Below are positions 34,778 to 42,106 of a stretch of 53,214 nucleotides of DNA, in pieces. The stretch is from Candidatus Binatia bacterium (lineage in GTDB: Bacteria > Desulfobacterota > Binatia > UBA9968). The notes below the pieces were generated by a model. That model was not told the origin of the DNA. It searched no databases and worked only from the letters and a program-made list of their open reading frames with translations. The position numbers and the translations under genes were made by a program. Location: positions 1-53,214 of the forward strand of contig JBGPTS010000002.1 in assembly GCA_041490745.1 (NCBI GenBank), in the 5' to 3' direction. Each line of letters begins with the position of its first letter. The first letter of the stretch is position 1.

Positions 34778-35869
34778 TTAGAATTGTTTCCTTATTAAAA
34801 TCTCTTCCATAATTTTCTTCGCCACGTCTCCCAGCTCGTCGGCTTTCTCGGGCGGCACCAGCAGGAGAGGAACCTTCTTCTGCTCCAACTGCGAGACCTC
34901 TTCGTAAATCGACTTGACGTCTTTGTGCCCCGGGATGCGGCCGGTCGCGGCGAGAATCTTCGCCCCCTCGGCCGAGAGGATGAAATCGGCGAACAGCGCC
35001 GCGGCGTGCGGATGCGGCGCGTTGCGGTTGATTCCGGCGAGACTCCCCACCGAGCCGGGCGTCGGATTGGGGAAGTTCATGCCGACCGGGCATTTCCTTT
35101 CGTATTTGAGCTGCGCCACGCGATACGCGTAAAGCTCCACGCCGATCTTGAACTCGCCGCCGCAGAGAAGCTGGATCTGCTGCGTGTGGCCGCGGCGCGC
35201 GACCATGCCGTTACGCATGAGCCGCTTGAGGAAGTCGCGCGTCTTCTCCTCGCCCCACGCGACGAGCCATCCCATCAGCGCGCGGTCCGGCTCCTGGTCG
35301 ATGGAGAGGTCGCCTTTCCATTTGGGATTGAAGAGGTCCGGGTAATCCTTGGGCGCCTCTTCCGGCTTCACCAATTTGGTGTTATAGGCGATCACCGCGA
35401 TGTTCATGTGACTCGAGCTCCAGAGCCCCTTTTCGTCCGCAAATGTTTTTGAATAATTCCGCATCTCCGGCGACCGATAAGGTATCCAGACATTTTCCTT
35501 TTTGAGGGCCAAGCCGGCTTCGAAGGGGACATTGACCACGTCGGCATCGAGCTTTTTCGCGCGGTGCTCCAATAATACTCTGTCCACCAGCCGCGCGCCG
35601 CTGCCGCGCCAGTAATCGGCCGCGACGAACGGATAACGCTTCATGAAACCTTGGGCCTGCTGCTGCAGCAGATCGATATTCTCGTTGGAGTAAAACTGGA
35701 CCGCGCCCTCTTTTTTTGCCCCTTCTTCGAGACGCTTTTGCCGTTCGGCGGGGGGAAGCTTGTTGATCTCGTTCAGAGTCTCTTCGACCGTTTTCGGCGC
35801 CGAAGCCGCCAGATTTCCCAGGGCGAGAAAAACCACCGCGCCTGAGAGCCATCGCGATGCGCTGTTCAT
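34778..35869 (-). CDS. extracellular solute-binding protein (family 1, iron/polyamine-type), orphan
   Basis: ATG at 35869 preceded by AGGAGG. Signal peptide MNSASRWLSGAVVFLALGNLAASA. No permease or ATPase gene is adjacent. Confidence 0.8.
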   Translation of the reverse strand: MNSASRWLSGAVVFLALGNLAASAPKTVEETLNEINKLPPAERQKRLEEGAKKEGAVQFYSNENIDLLQQQAQGFMKRYPFVAADYWRGSGARLVDRVLLEHRAKKLDADVVNVPFEAGLALKKENVWIPYRSPEMRNYSKTFADEKGLWSSSHMNIAVIAYNTKLVKPEEAPKDYPDLFNPKWKGDLSIDQEPDRALMGWLVAWGEEKTRDFLKRLMRNGMVARRGHTQQIQLLCGGEFKIGVELYAYRVAQLKYERKCPVGMNFPNPTPGSVGSLAGINRNAPHPHAAALFADFILSAEGAKILAATGRIPGHKDVKSIYEEVSQLEQKKVPLLLVPPEKADELGDVAKKIMEEILIRKQF

Positions 35870-35891
35870 GACGTGCCTCCTCTTTCCTGCT

Positions 35892-37208
35892 TCACGGCGC
35901 CAGCGGTTCATCCTTCAGCGGCGCAAGCCGCAAACCGCCGGCGAAGGGATTGTCGAAAGGCTCTTCGACCGCGCGCATCCCCTGCCAGATTTTTTCGATC
36001 CTGTCTTTCGCCCCGTTCGTATTCAATCCTTCGATGACGATCACGCGCCGGTCTCGGCGCTCGACGTGAGCCGCGGCAAACGGCGCGCCGGGATATTTTT
36101 TTTCCAGCAAGCGCCGGTAGCCCCGATCGAATTCGGCCGCGTCCTCGTCCGAATCCCAGACGCTCGCCCAGATAAAGGCGACTTCATCGCCGCGGTTGAA
36201 GGCGACGAAGCGGTCGCCGTCCCATCCCTCGGCGGCGACCCTGGCCTCGTCTTTCGAGAGAAACTGCTCGAACAGCACGCGCGTCGTCAGCTCGCCGAGG
36301 ACGTTATTCTCGATCTCCTTCCAATCCGGTTGAAAGAACGCCCGCAGCTCTCGGAGCTCGACTCGGGTCGGCGGGTCGGGCGCGGAAAAATATTTTTCCG
36401 GATGGAGCACCTGCTCGGTCGAGAGCGGCGGCGCGGCGTAAAGCCGGTTGACCGCGCTCCAGTCGCGCTCCTCGAGCAAGCGCGCAACGAAGCCGACGCC
36501 GCCGTAATATTGGAACAACATTTCTTCGACGATCGCCTTGGGCACGTCCGGCGCCCGCGCGCCTGCGTCGCGCTCGATGTCTTTAACGCCCCGGGTAAAA
36601 TCGGCGAGCGCGTTGCGGTCGATCCCGCCTCGGATATAGCCGAAGCCGATCAACGTCGCGTCGCCCTCGACAAGGGCGCGAAACGCGAGATCCCGGTCGT
36701 CGTTCTCCGACGGGCCGAGCTTCGACTCCAACAAAAAATACTGGTCCTGGAGCGCGTGCGTGAGCTCGTGCGCCAGCGTCATCTCGCCGACTAAATCCCG
36801 GCGCCCGCCCGCCGCCGGGTCCGCGTCCAGATTTTCCGGCAGCACGAGCTTTTTGCTCCGGGGATCGTAGTAGCCGGCCACGTTGGCCGCGGCGAAATCG
36901 ACCAGCGATTTTTTCAAATCGGTTCCCTTGGGCAGCAAGCCGAGCTTGCCATAGGCGAGCGAGATATTTTTCAGCTTCTGGTCGCTGAAGTCGTGCGCCA
37001 GATCCTTTTCGAATGCGCGCCGCATCTCCTCGGGATTCTTGATTTCGACGGCGACTTCCGCCCGGAAGGCCAGACCGCGGAGCCGGGCCACGCCCTGCTT
37101 GATGTCGAGAAATTTTTCGCGATTGATTGCGGCACGATCGGCAACCTGATAGGGCGCGCAGCCGGCGGCGAAAAAAAACGCGATGAGAAGAAGCAGCGCG
37201 GCAGCCAA
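35892..37208 (-). CDS. putative zinc metalloprotease lipoprotein (HExxH)
   Basis: A TTG at 37208 with AGGA 5 nt upstream is the only in-frame ATG/GTG/TTG start codon downstream of ATG 37346, and the only one that does not deeply overlap the upstream gene. Lipobox LIAFFFAAGC. MTLAHELTHALQDQ plus a downstream EGDATL. Confidence 0.55.
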   Translation of the reverse strand: MAAALLLLIAFFFAAGCAPYQVADRAAINREKFLDIKQGVARLRGLAFRAEVAVEIKNPEEMRRAFEKDLAHDFSDQKLKNISLAYGKLGLLPKGTDLKKSLVDFAAANVAGYYDPRSKKLVLPENLDADPAAGGRRDLVGEMTLAHELTHALQDQYFLLESKLGPSENDDRDLAFRALVEGDATLIGFGYIRGGIDRNALADFTRGVKDIERDAGARAPDVPKAIVEEMLFQYYGGVGFVARLLEERDWSAVNRLYAAPPLSTEQVLHPEKYFSAPDPPTRVELRELRAFFQPDWKEIENNVLGELTTRVLFEQFLSKDEARVAAEGWDGDRFVAFNRGDEVAFIWASVWDSDEDAAEFDRGYRRLLEKKYPGAPFAAAHVERRDRRVIVIEGLNTNGAKDRIEKIWQGMRAVEEPFDNPFAGGLRLAPLKDEPLAP

Positions 37209-37215
37209 GGCGATC

Positions 37216-38196
37216 CTAACGCGCGGGGTAAAGCGCCTTGATGAAGCCGCTCTCGTCGAGCTGCTTGACGAAGCTCGCGTCGATAAAATCTTCCGGGCGC
37301 GCGCTCTTCGCCTTGGGATTTTGCGCCGCGAGCTGCTCCAGGACAAAGCGCATGCCGCCGATCGTGGGATAAGGCACGCGGGAAAATCTCGGCGCGTAAA
37401 AATTCACCGTCGCGGCGAGAATCTCCTGATCTTTGATTCCGGTGTATTTCCCGGTGACTTTCATCGCCAGCTCGTGGTTATTGACGTAAAGGGCGATCGC
37501 CTCCACGTAGGCGCGCATGAAGCGCTGCACCGTGTCGGGATGGTCCTTGACGAATGATTTTTTCGCCGCGATGCCGACGAAAGGAAATTCCAATCCCATG
37601 CTTGCCACGTTGGCGATCTCTTTGTACCCGAGCTTCACCGCGTGCAGCGTGAACGGGTCGGCCAGCGCGCCGGCGGCGATTCGGCCGGAGGCGATCCCGC
37701 CCATGATACCGGGGTAGTCTTCGAGCTGAACGAACGCGACGTCTTTGTCCGGTTGCAGGCCGAACTTTCTCAATGCGAAACGCGCCGAGATATCCGTATT
37801 GGAACCGAAGCGGGTCACGCCGATCGCCCTGCCTTTAAGCTCTTCGATCTTGGAGACGGTGCCCATAATAACGATCGGCGTGGTATTGAACGCCACGGCC
37901 AACATCACCACGTCGGCGCCGGCCACACCCGCGGCCAGAGCCGCCGGGCCGCCCATCTGCGCCATCTGGATCTCGCCGGCGACGAGCGCCTGCGCGTGGG
38001 TGGTGCCGCTGCGAATGAACGCGGCATCGACCCTGAGGCCGTTTTTCTCGAAGAGCCCCGCATCGCGGCCGATCCAGAGAATCGCGTGCGGGCCGGAGAG
38101 CGCGCTGTAGCCGGAGGCGACGCGAGTCGGCGCCTGCGCAAACGCAACGGCGGAAGAGAGCAGTAGCGCGAAGAGAGAGAAGAGGAATCGGCCCAT
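37216..38196 (-). CDS. NMT1/THI5-like ABC substrate-binding protein, orphan
   Basis: ATG at 38196 after GGAGG. Signal peptide MGRFLFSLFALLLSSAVAFAQA. SsuA/TauA-like fold pattern. Confidence 0.8.
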   Translation of the reverse strand: MGRFLFSLFALLLSSAVAFAQAPTRVASGYSALSGPHAILWIGRDAGLFEKNGLRVDAAFIRSGTTHAQALVAGEIQMAQMGGPAALAAGVAGADVVMLAVAFNTTPIVIMGTVSKIEELKGRAIGVTRFGSNTDISARFALRKFGLQPDKDVAFVQLEDYPGIMGGIASGRIAAGALADPFTLHAVKLGYKEIANVASMGLEFPFVGIAAKKSFVKDHPDTVQRFMRAYVEAIALYVNNHELAMKVTGKYTGIKDQEILAATVNFYAPRFSRVPYPTIGGMRFVLEQLAAQNPKAKSARPEDFIDASFVKQLDESGFIKALYPAR

Positions 38197-38285
38197 GGCG
38201 GCGCCTCCGACGGCTTGATTAAAAATCGGCGGAAAGTATAGGCTACTTGTCACACAGGGTCGAAGACCTGTCAAGGAGGAGAATC

Positions 38286-38675
38286 ATGCTCGAGGTGAAA
38301 GCGATTCGCACGTTCGCGATCAACGCAAAGGATTTAAATCAGGCGGAAAATTTTTACACCCGGCTCCTCGGCGGGAAAGTGGTGCGGCGCATCGACCCGA
38401 ACGAAGAGCAAACGAGGCGCGGGCGGGTTAAAGAAGTGGACGTCGAGCTCGGCAATTTTCAGGTCCACATCTTCGACGCGAGCGGCGGCCCGCGCCAGGG
38501 CGTGCCGCACCACACGATCGTGATTCCGTGGCAGGAAAAGGAAAAAGCCCTGCGGGAGATGGAACAAGCGGGGAGCAAAGTCGAGAACGTCCGCGACCAT
38601 CCGGACGGCAAAGGCTATTCCCTCTACGTCAAAGACCCGGACGGAAATCTCTGGGAGCTTTGGGCGGCGGAGTGA
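38286..38675 (+). CDS. VOC (glyoxalase/bleomycin-resistance/dioxygenase) family protein
   Basis: ATG at 38286 after AGGAGGAG. About 130 aa with a beta-alpha-beta-beta-beta module pattern. Ends DPDGNLWELW. Confidence 0.75.
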   Translation: MLEVKAIRTFAINAKDLNQAENFYTRLLGGKVVRRIDPNEEQTRRGRVKEVDVELGNFQVHIFDASGGPRQGVPHHTIVIPWQEKEKALREMEQAGSKVENVRDHPDGKGYSLYVKDPDGNLWELWAAE

Positions 38676-38694
38676 TGACGCAGATCTGCCCTTC

Positions 38695-39336
38695 TCAACG
38701 TCGGACGCTGAGCGCCGTCCCGTCGGGGAGATAGGCGGTCATCCAGCGATTGCCATCCAGTATTCGCTCACGATACTCAGCCGCCTTTTCCAGGCCTGGA
38801 AGATGCGGCGCGTACTGGCCGAGAAAGAGATTGGTTGAAACCAGCAGCGCGCCCGGCTCGAGCAGCCGCTCGAAATGACCGAGGTCGGTCAAAGATTCCG
38901 CCGGATCGGTGTCGAAGTAGATGAGATCGTAGGAACCCTGCAAACCGGCCAGGACCGAGGCGCCCGTCCCGTGAAGGACTTTAATTCGGTCGCCGAGCCC
39001 TTCGGATTTGAAGTGTCCCCGGGCGATCTCCGAGTGTTGCTCGTCGCGCTCGATGGTTTCGAGAATTCCGTCAGGCCCCGCGCCGTACGCGAGCCAGAGG
39101 CCGCTGTAGCCTAAGCCGCATCCGACTTCGAGCAGCTTCCGCGCACGGGAAGTCGCCGCAAGCGCTCCCAGCAGGGGGCCGTTCGAGAAGGGATACACAT
39201 CGATGCAGCCGTGCTGTTGACGGTGTTGGTCGTATTTCGCCGCGACATGGCGAAACCTGTCGGAGGCTTGAGTGTGTTGCTCCAACCACCTCCGTACCGC
39301 TACGGCCGTCGTAGGTTCATTCAAAGGTAGGGACAT
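38695..39336 (-). CDS. class I SAM-dependent O-methyltransferase
   Basis: LLEVGCGLGYSGLWLA is SAM motif I. DLIYFDTD is typical of the COMT-like family. Confidence 0.8.
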   Translation of the reverse strand: MSLPLNEPTTAVAVRRWLEQHTQASDRFRHVAAKYDQHRQQHGCIDVYPFSNGPLLGALAATSRARKLLEVGCGLGYSGLWLAYGAGPDGILETIERDEQHSEIARGHFKSEGLGDRIKVLHGTGASVLAGLQGSYDLIYFDTDPAESLTDLGHFERLLEPGALLVSTNLFLGQYAPHLPGLEKAAEYRERILDGNRWMTAYLPDGTALSVRR

Positions 39337-39378
39337 TAACCGGCTCCTTGTTGGCCGAGCTGTTATGTTGTCGGCAGT

Positions 39379-39651
39379 TCATGCCTTGAGAAGAGTCCAG
39401 ATACCTATTCCTACAAAACCGATCCCGGCCACATAGTGGAGATATTTCTCGCTCACGTGCTCCGAAACCATGGCGCCGGCGAGCACGCCGATCGCCGAAG
39501 CGACGACCAGCGCCAGCGACGCGCCGAGGAATACGGTGAGTTTACTTACCTCCCTGTCAGAGGCGAAAAGCAACGTGGCGAGCTGCGTCTTGTCACCCAG
39601 CTCGGCGACGAAGACGGAAGCAAAAACCGTGAGCAGCACATTGATGTCCAT
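39379..39651 (-). CDS. single-domain UPF0016 / GDT1-TMEM165 family cation (Mn2+/Ca2+) transporter subunit
   Basis: 90 aa with 3 TM helices and one copy of the family motif AELGDKTQ. Confidence 0.85.
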   Translation of the reverse strand: MDINVLLTVFASVFVAELGDKTQLATLLFASDREVSKLTVFLGASLALVVASAIGVLAGAMVSEHVSEKYLHYVAGIGFVGIGIWTLLKA

Positions 39652-39805
39652 CTAGATTCCTCCCCTCAAGTAGCGACCGCGCGTTTCCGCGATTGTAACG
39701 CGATCGCCGGTCCTTCCGCCAGCATAACAGCGCCGGTTCGTTGTAACGAGATGGACCACGAACCGAACCCGGAGCAACGACTAAAATTCCCCATCTCGAA
39801 GCCTC

Positions 39806-39834
39806 TTGACACGATTCGGCCGGTACGTTAGCTT
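39806..39834 (+). promoter_or_regulatory. sigma70-like promoter for the riboswitch transcript
   Basis: TTGACA (39806-39811), a 17-nt spacer, then TAGCTT (39829-39834). Lies about 20 nt upstream of riboswitch helix P1. Confidence 0.5.
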
Positions 39835-39853
39835 TAAGCCTACATGCGCGGGA

Positions 39854-39971
39854 CACCTTATCCCGTGTGGCGGTGGTATTGGCCCGTCGATGCCACAGCA
39901 ACCGGTCGCGCCGCTAGGCGCGACGCTGGTGCTAAGTCCAGCCCCCGGTAACACGGGGGATAGATAAGGTG
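39854..39971 (+). promoter_or_regulatory. SAM-I (S-box) riboswitch aptamer
   Basis: P1 is caccttatc / gataaggtg (9 bp). Conserved blocks are UGGCCC, GAUG, AGCAACC and GGUGCUAAGUCCAGC. P3 is UCGCGCC-GCUA-GGCGCGA. P4 is CCCCCG-GUAACA-CGGGGG. The closing segment is AUAGAUAAGG. Confidence 0.85.
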
Positions 39972-39976
39972 AGGGT

Positions 39977-40013
39977 AAAACCTCTTCTTATCTATGAGAA
40001 GAGGTTTTTTTTT
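39977..40013 (+). terminator. intrinsic terminator (riboswitch expression platform)
   Basis: aaaaCCTCTTCT-tatcta-GAGAAGAGGttttttttt. The stem's 5' side (CTTATCTAT) can alternatively pair with the P1 3' strand (ATAGATAAG), giving an antiterminator. Confidence 0.85.
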
Positions 40014-40057
40014 GGCCCATGGGGCTGCGTTTTGAGCAGCCCCGAAAGAAAATAAGC

Positions 40058-40861
40058 ATGAACCCGCGTCTCACATCCGAGCAGATCGAGCGCTACAGCC
40101 GCCAGATCATGATCCCCGATCTCGGCGGCAAGGGGCAGATCCGTCTCAAGCAGGGAAAAGTTCTGGTCGTCGGCGCCGGCGGACTGGGATGCCCGGCGGC
40201 GTTCTATCTCGTCGCCGCCGGAATCGGCGCGCTTGGACTGGTCGATAGCGACAGCGTCGAGCTGTCCAACTTGCAGCGGCAAATCCTTCACGCGACCTCC
40301 GACATAGGCCGCGAGAAAGTGGACTCGGCGAAAGACAAACTCAACGCGCTCAATCCGGACGTGGAAGTGCGAACGTACCCCCTGCGGCTCGACGCCGGCA
40401 ACGCGGCGGAAATTTTCGCCGTGTATGATTTCATTATCGACGGGAGCGACAACTTCGCGACCAAATTCCTCGTCAACGACCTGGCCGTCGATCTCGGCAA
40501 AGCCTTTTCCCATGCCGGCATCGTCCGCCTTCAAGGCCAGACGATGACCGTGATTCCCCACAAGAGCGCGTGCTATCGCTGCGTCTTTCAAGAGCCGCCC
40601 ACGCCCGGCGAGATCATGAATTGCCAGCAGGCCGGAATTCTCGGCGCCGTCGCCGGCGTCATCGGCTCGATCCAGGCGACCGAGGCGATTAAATACCTAG
40701 CGGGGATGGAAGAGGATTTGCTCGTCGATCGAATGCTGACCTACGACGCCAAGACGGTTAAATTTCGGACCATCGCAGTCGGGCGAAACCGCGCCTGTTC
40801 CGCGTGCGGAGAAAAAGCAGAGAGGAGAAGTCATGAGCTACGTTCAAGGACTGAAGTGTAG
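40058..40861 (+). CDS. ThiF/MoeB/HesA-family E1-like adenylyltransferase (no rhodanese domain)
   Basis: The ATG at 40058 lies downstream of the terminator. RYSRQIMIPDLGGKGQ..VLVVGAGGLGCP nucleotide fold. Two CxxC pairs (CYRC, CSAC) form the Zn site. Confidence 0.85.
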   Translation: MNPRLTSEQIERYSRQIMIPDLGGKGQIRLKQGKVLVVGAGGLGCPAAFYLVAAGIGALGLVDSDSVELSNLQRQILHATSDIGREKVDSAKDKLNALNPDVEVRTYPLRLDAGNAAEIFAVYDFIIDGSDNFATKFLVNDLAVDLGKAFSHAGIVRLQGQTMTVIPHKSACYRCVFQEPPTPGEIMNCQQAGILGAVAGVIGSIQATEAIKYLAGMEEDLLVDRMLTYDAKTVKFRTIAVGRNRACSACGEKAERRSHELRSRTEV

Positions 40862-42101
40862 AGAGTGCGGCCAGGATTATCCCAAAGAGCCGCTGCACGT
40901 TTGCGAGACCTGCTTCGGTCCGCTGGAGGTCGTTTACGACTACGACGGCATCAAGAAGGCGCTGAGCCGCGAGAAAATCGCCGCGCGCGCGAAAAATCTC
41001 TGGCGTTACCGAGAGCTGCTGCCGATCGACGGCGAGCCGCAGGCCGGCCTCTACTCCGGCTTCACGCCGCTCGTCCGCGCGCACCGATTAGGCGCAGCGC
41101 TCGGCGTCAAGGAACTTTACATCAAAGACGACTCGGTGAATCATCCGACGTTCTCTTACAAAGATCGCGTTGTCTCGGTCGCCATATCCAAGGCGATCGA
41201 GTTCGGCTTCGATACGGTCTCGTGCGCTTCGACCGGCAATCTCGCCAACTCCGTCGCCGCCCACGCGGCCAAGGCCGGTCTCAACTGCTATGTTTTCATC
41301 CCCGACGGCCTGGAGCAGGGAAAAATCATCGGCTCGGCTATCTACGGCCCGAAGACGGTCGCGATTCAGGGGAACTACGATGACGTGAATCGGCTCTGCA
41401 GCGAGATCGCAGACAAGTACGGCTGGGCGTTCGTCAACGTCAACCTGCGCCCCTATTACGCCGAGGGCGCGAAGACGCACGGCTTCGAGGTCGCCGAGCA
41501 GCTTGGCTGGAAATTGCCGAAGCACATCGTCGTCGCCTCCGCCGGCGGCACGATCCTGCCGAAAATTTTCAAAGCCTTCAAGGAACTCGAACAGGTCGGC
41601 CTGATCGAAAGCAGCGAATGCAAAATTTACACGGCGCAGGCAACCGGCTGCGCGCCGATTTTCCAGGCGCTCAAGAAAGGCACGGACCTGATCAGCCCGG
41701 TGAAACCCAACACGATCGCGAGCTCGATCGCCATCGGCAATCCCGCCGACGGTTACTACGTTCTCCAGGCGGTGCGCGAATCGGGCGGCTGGGGCGAGAG
41801 CGTCACCGACGAAGAGATTATTGACGGCATCAAGCTCCTCGCGCGAACCGAAGGAATCTTCACCGAGCCCGCCGGCGGCACCGAAGTCGCGGTGACCAAA
41901 AAATTGATCCAGCAAGGGCGAATCCCGCGCGACGAGTCGATCGTCATCAGCGTCACCGGCAACGGGTACAAGACGCTCGAAGTCGTCGCGGCCAGCGTCG
42001 AGAAGCCTTTCAAGATCGGCTCAAGTCTCAAAAATTTCGACGATCTCTATCAGGAGCTCGCCCAGGCGTCGCCGGGCAAAAGGGCGGCGGGAGAAGGATA
42101 A
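40833..42101 (+). CDS. threonine-synthase-family PLP enzyme with N-terminal zinc ribbon
   Basis: CRECGQ...CETCFGPLEV ribbon. PLP lysine in HPTFSYKDR. 422 aa. AGGAG RBS. 29-nt overlap with the E1 gene. Confidence 0.85.
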   Translation: MSYVQGLKCRECGQDYPKEPLHVCETCFGPLEVVYDYDGIKKALSREKIAARAKNLWRYRELLPIDGEPQAGLYSGFTPLVRAHRLGAALGVKELYIKDDSVNHPTFSYKDRVVSVAISKAIEFGFDTVSCASTGNLANSVAAHAAKAGLNCYVFIPDGLEQGKIIGSAIYGPKTVAIQGNYDDVNRLCSEIADKYGWAFVNVNLRPYYAEGAKTHGFEVAEQLGWKLPKHIVVASAGGTILPKIFKAFKELEQVGLIESSECKIYTAQATGCAPIFQALKKGTDLISPVKPNTIASSIAIGNPADGYYVLQAVRESGGWGESVTDEEIIDGIKLLARTEGIFTEPAGGTEVAVTKKLIQQGRIPRDESIVISVTGNGYKTLEVVAASVEKPFKIGSSLKNFDDLYQELAQASPGKRAAGEG

Positions 42102-42106
42102 AGTTT

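Noticed and set aside
39652-39805. yybP-ykoY (Mn2+) riboswitch upstream of the UPF0016/GDT1 gene.
   Set aside because: I looked on the minus strand for the conserved GGGGAGUAG ... UUGACAUA ... GCAAGACC blocks. I found only loose resemblances (GGGGAAUUUUAGUCG, GGAAGGACC). A covariance-model scan is needed before any call.
40833-42101. Taking the 422-aa PLP enzyme at face value as housekeeping threonine synthase.
   Set aside because: This is not excluded. However, its co-transcription with an E1-like enzyme behind a SAM-I riboswitch argues for a role in methionine or homocysteine metabolism. I kept the neutral family-level call in the features.
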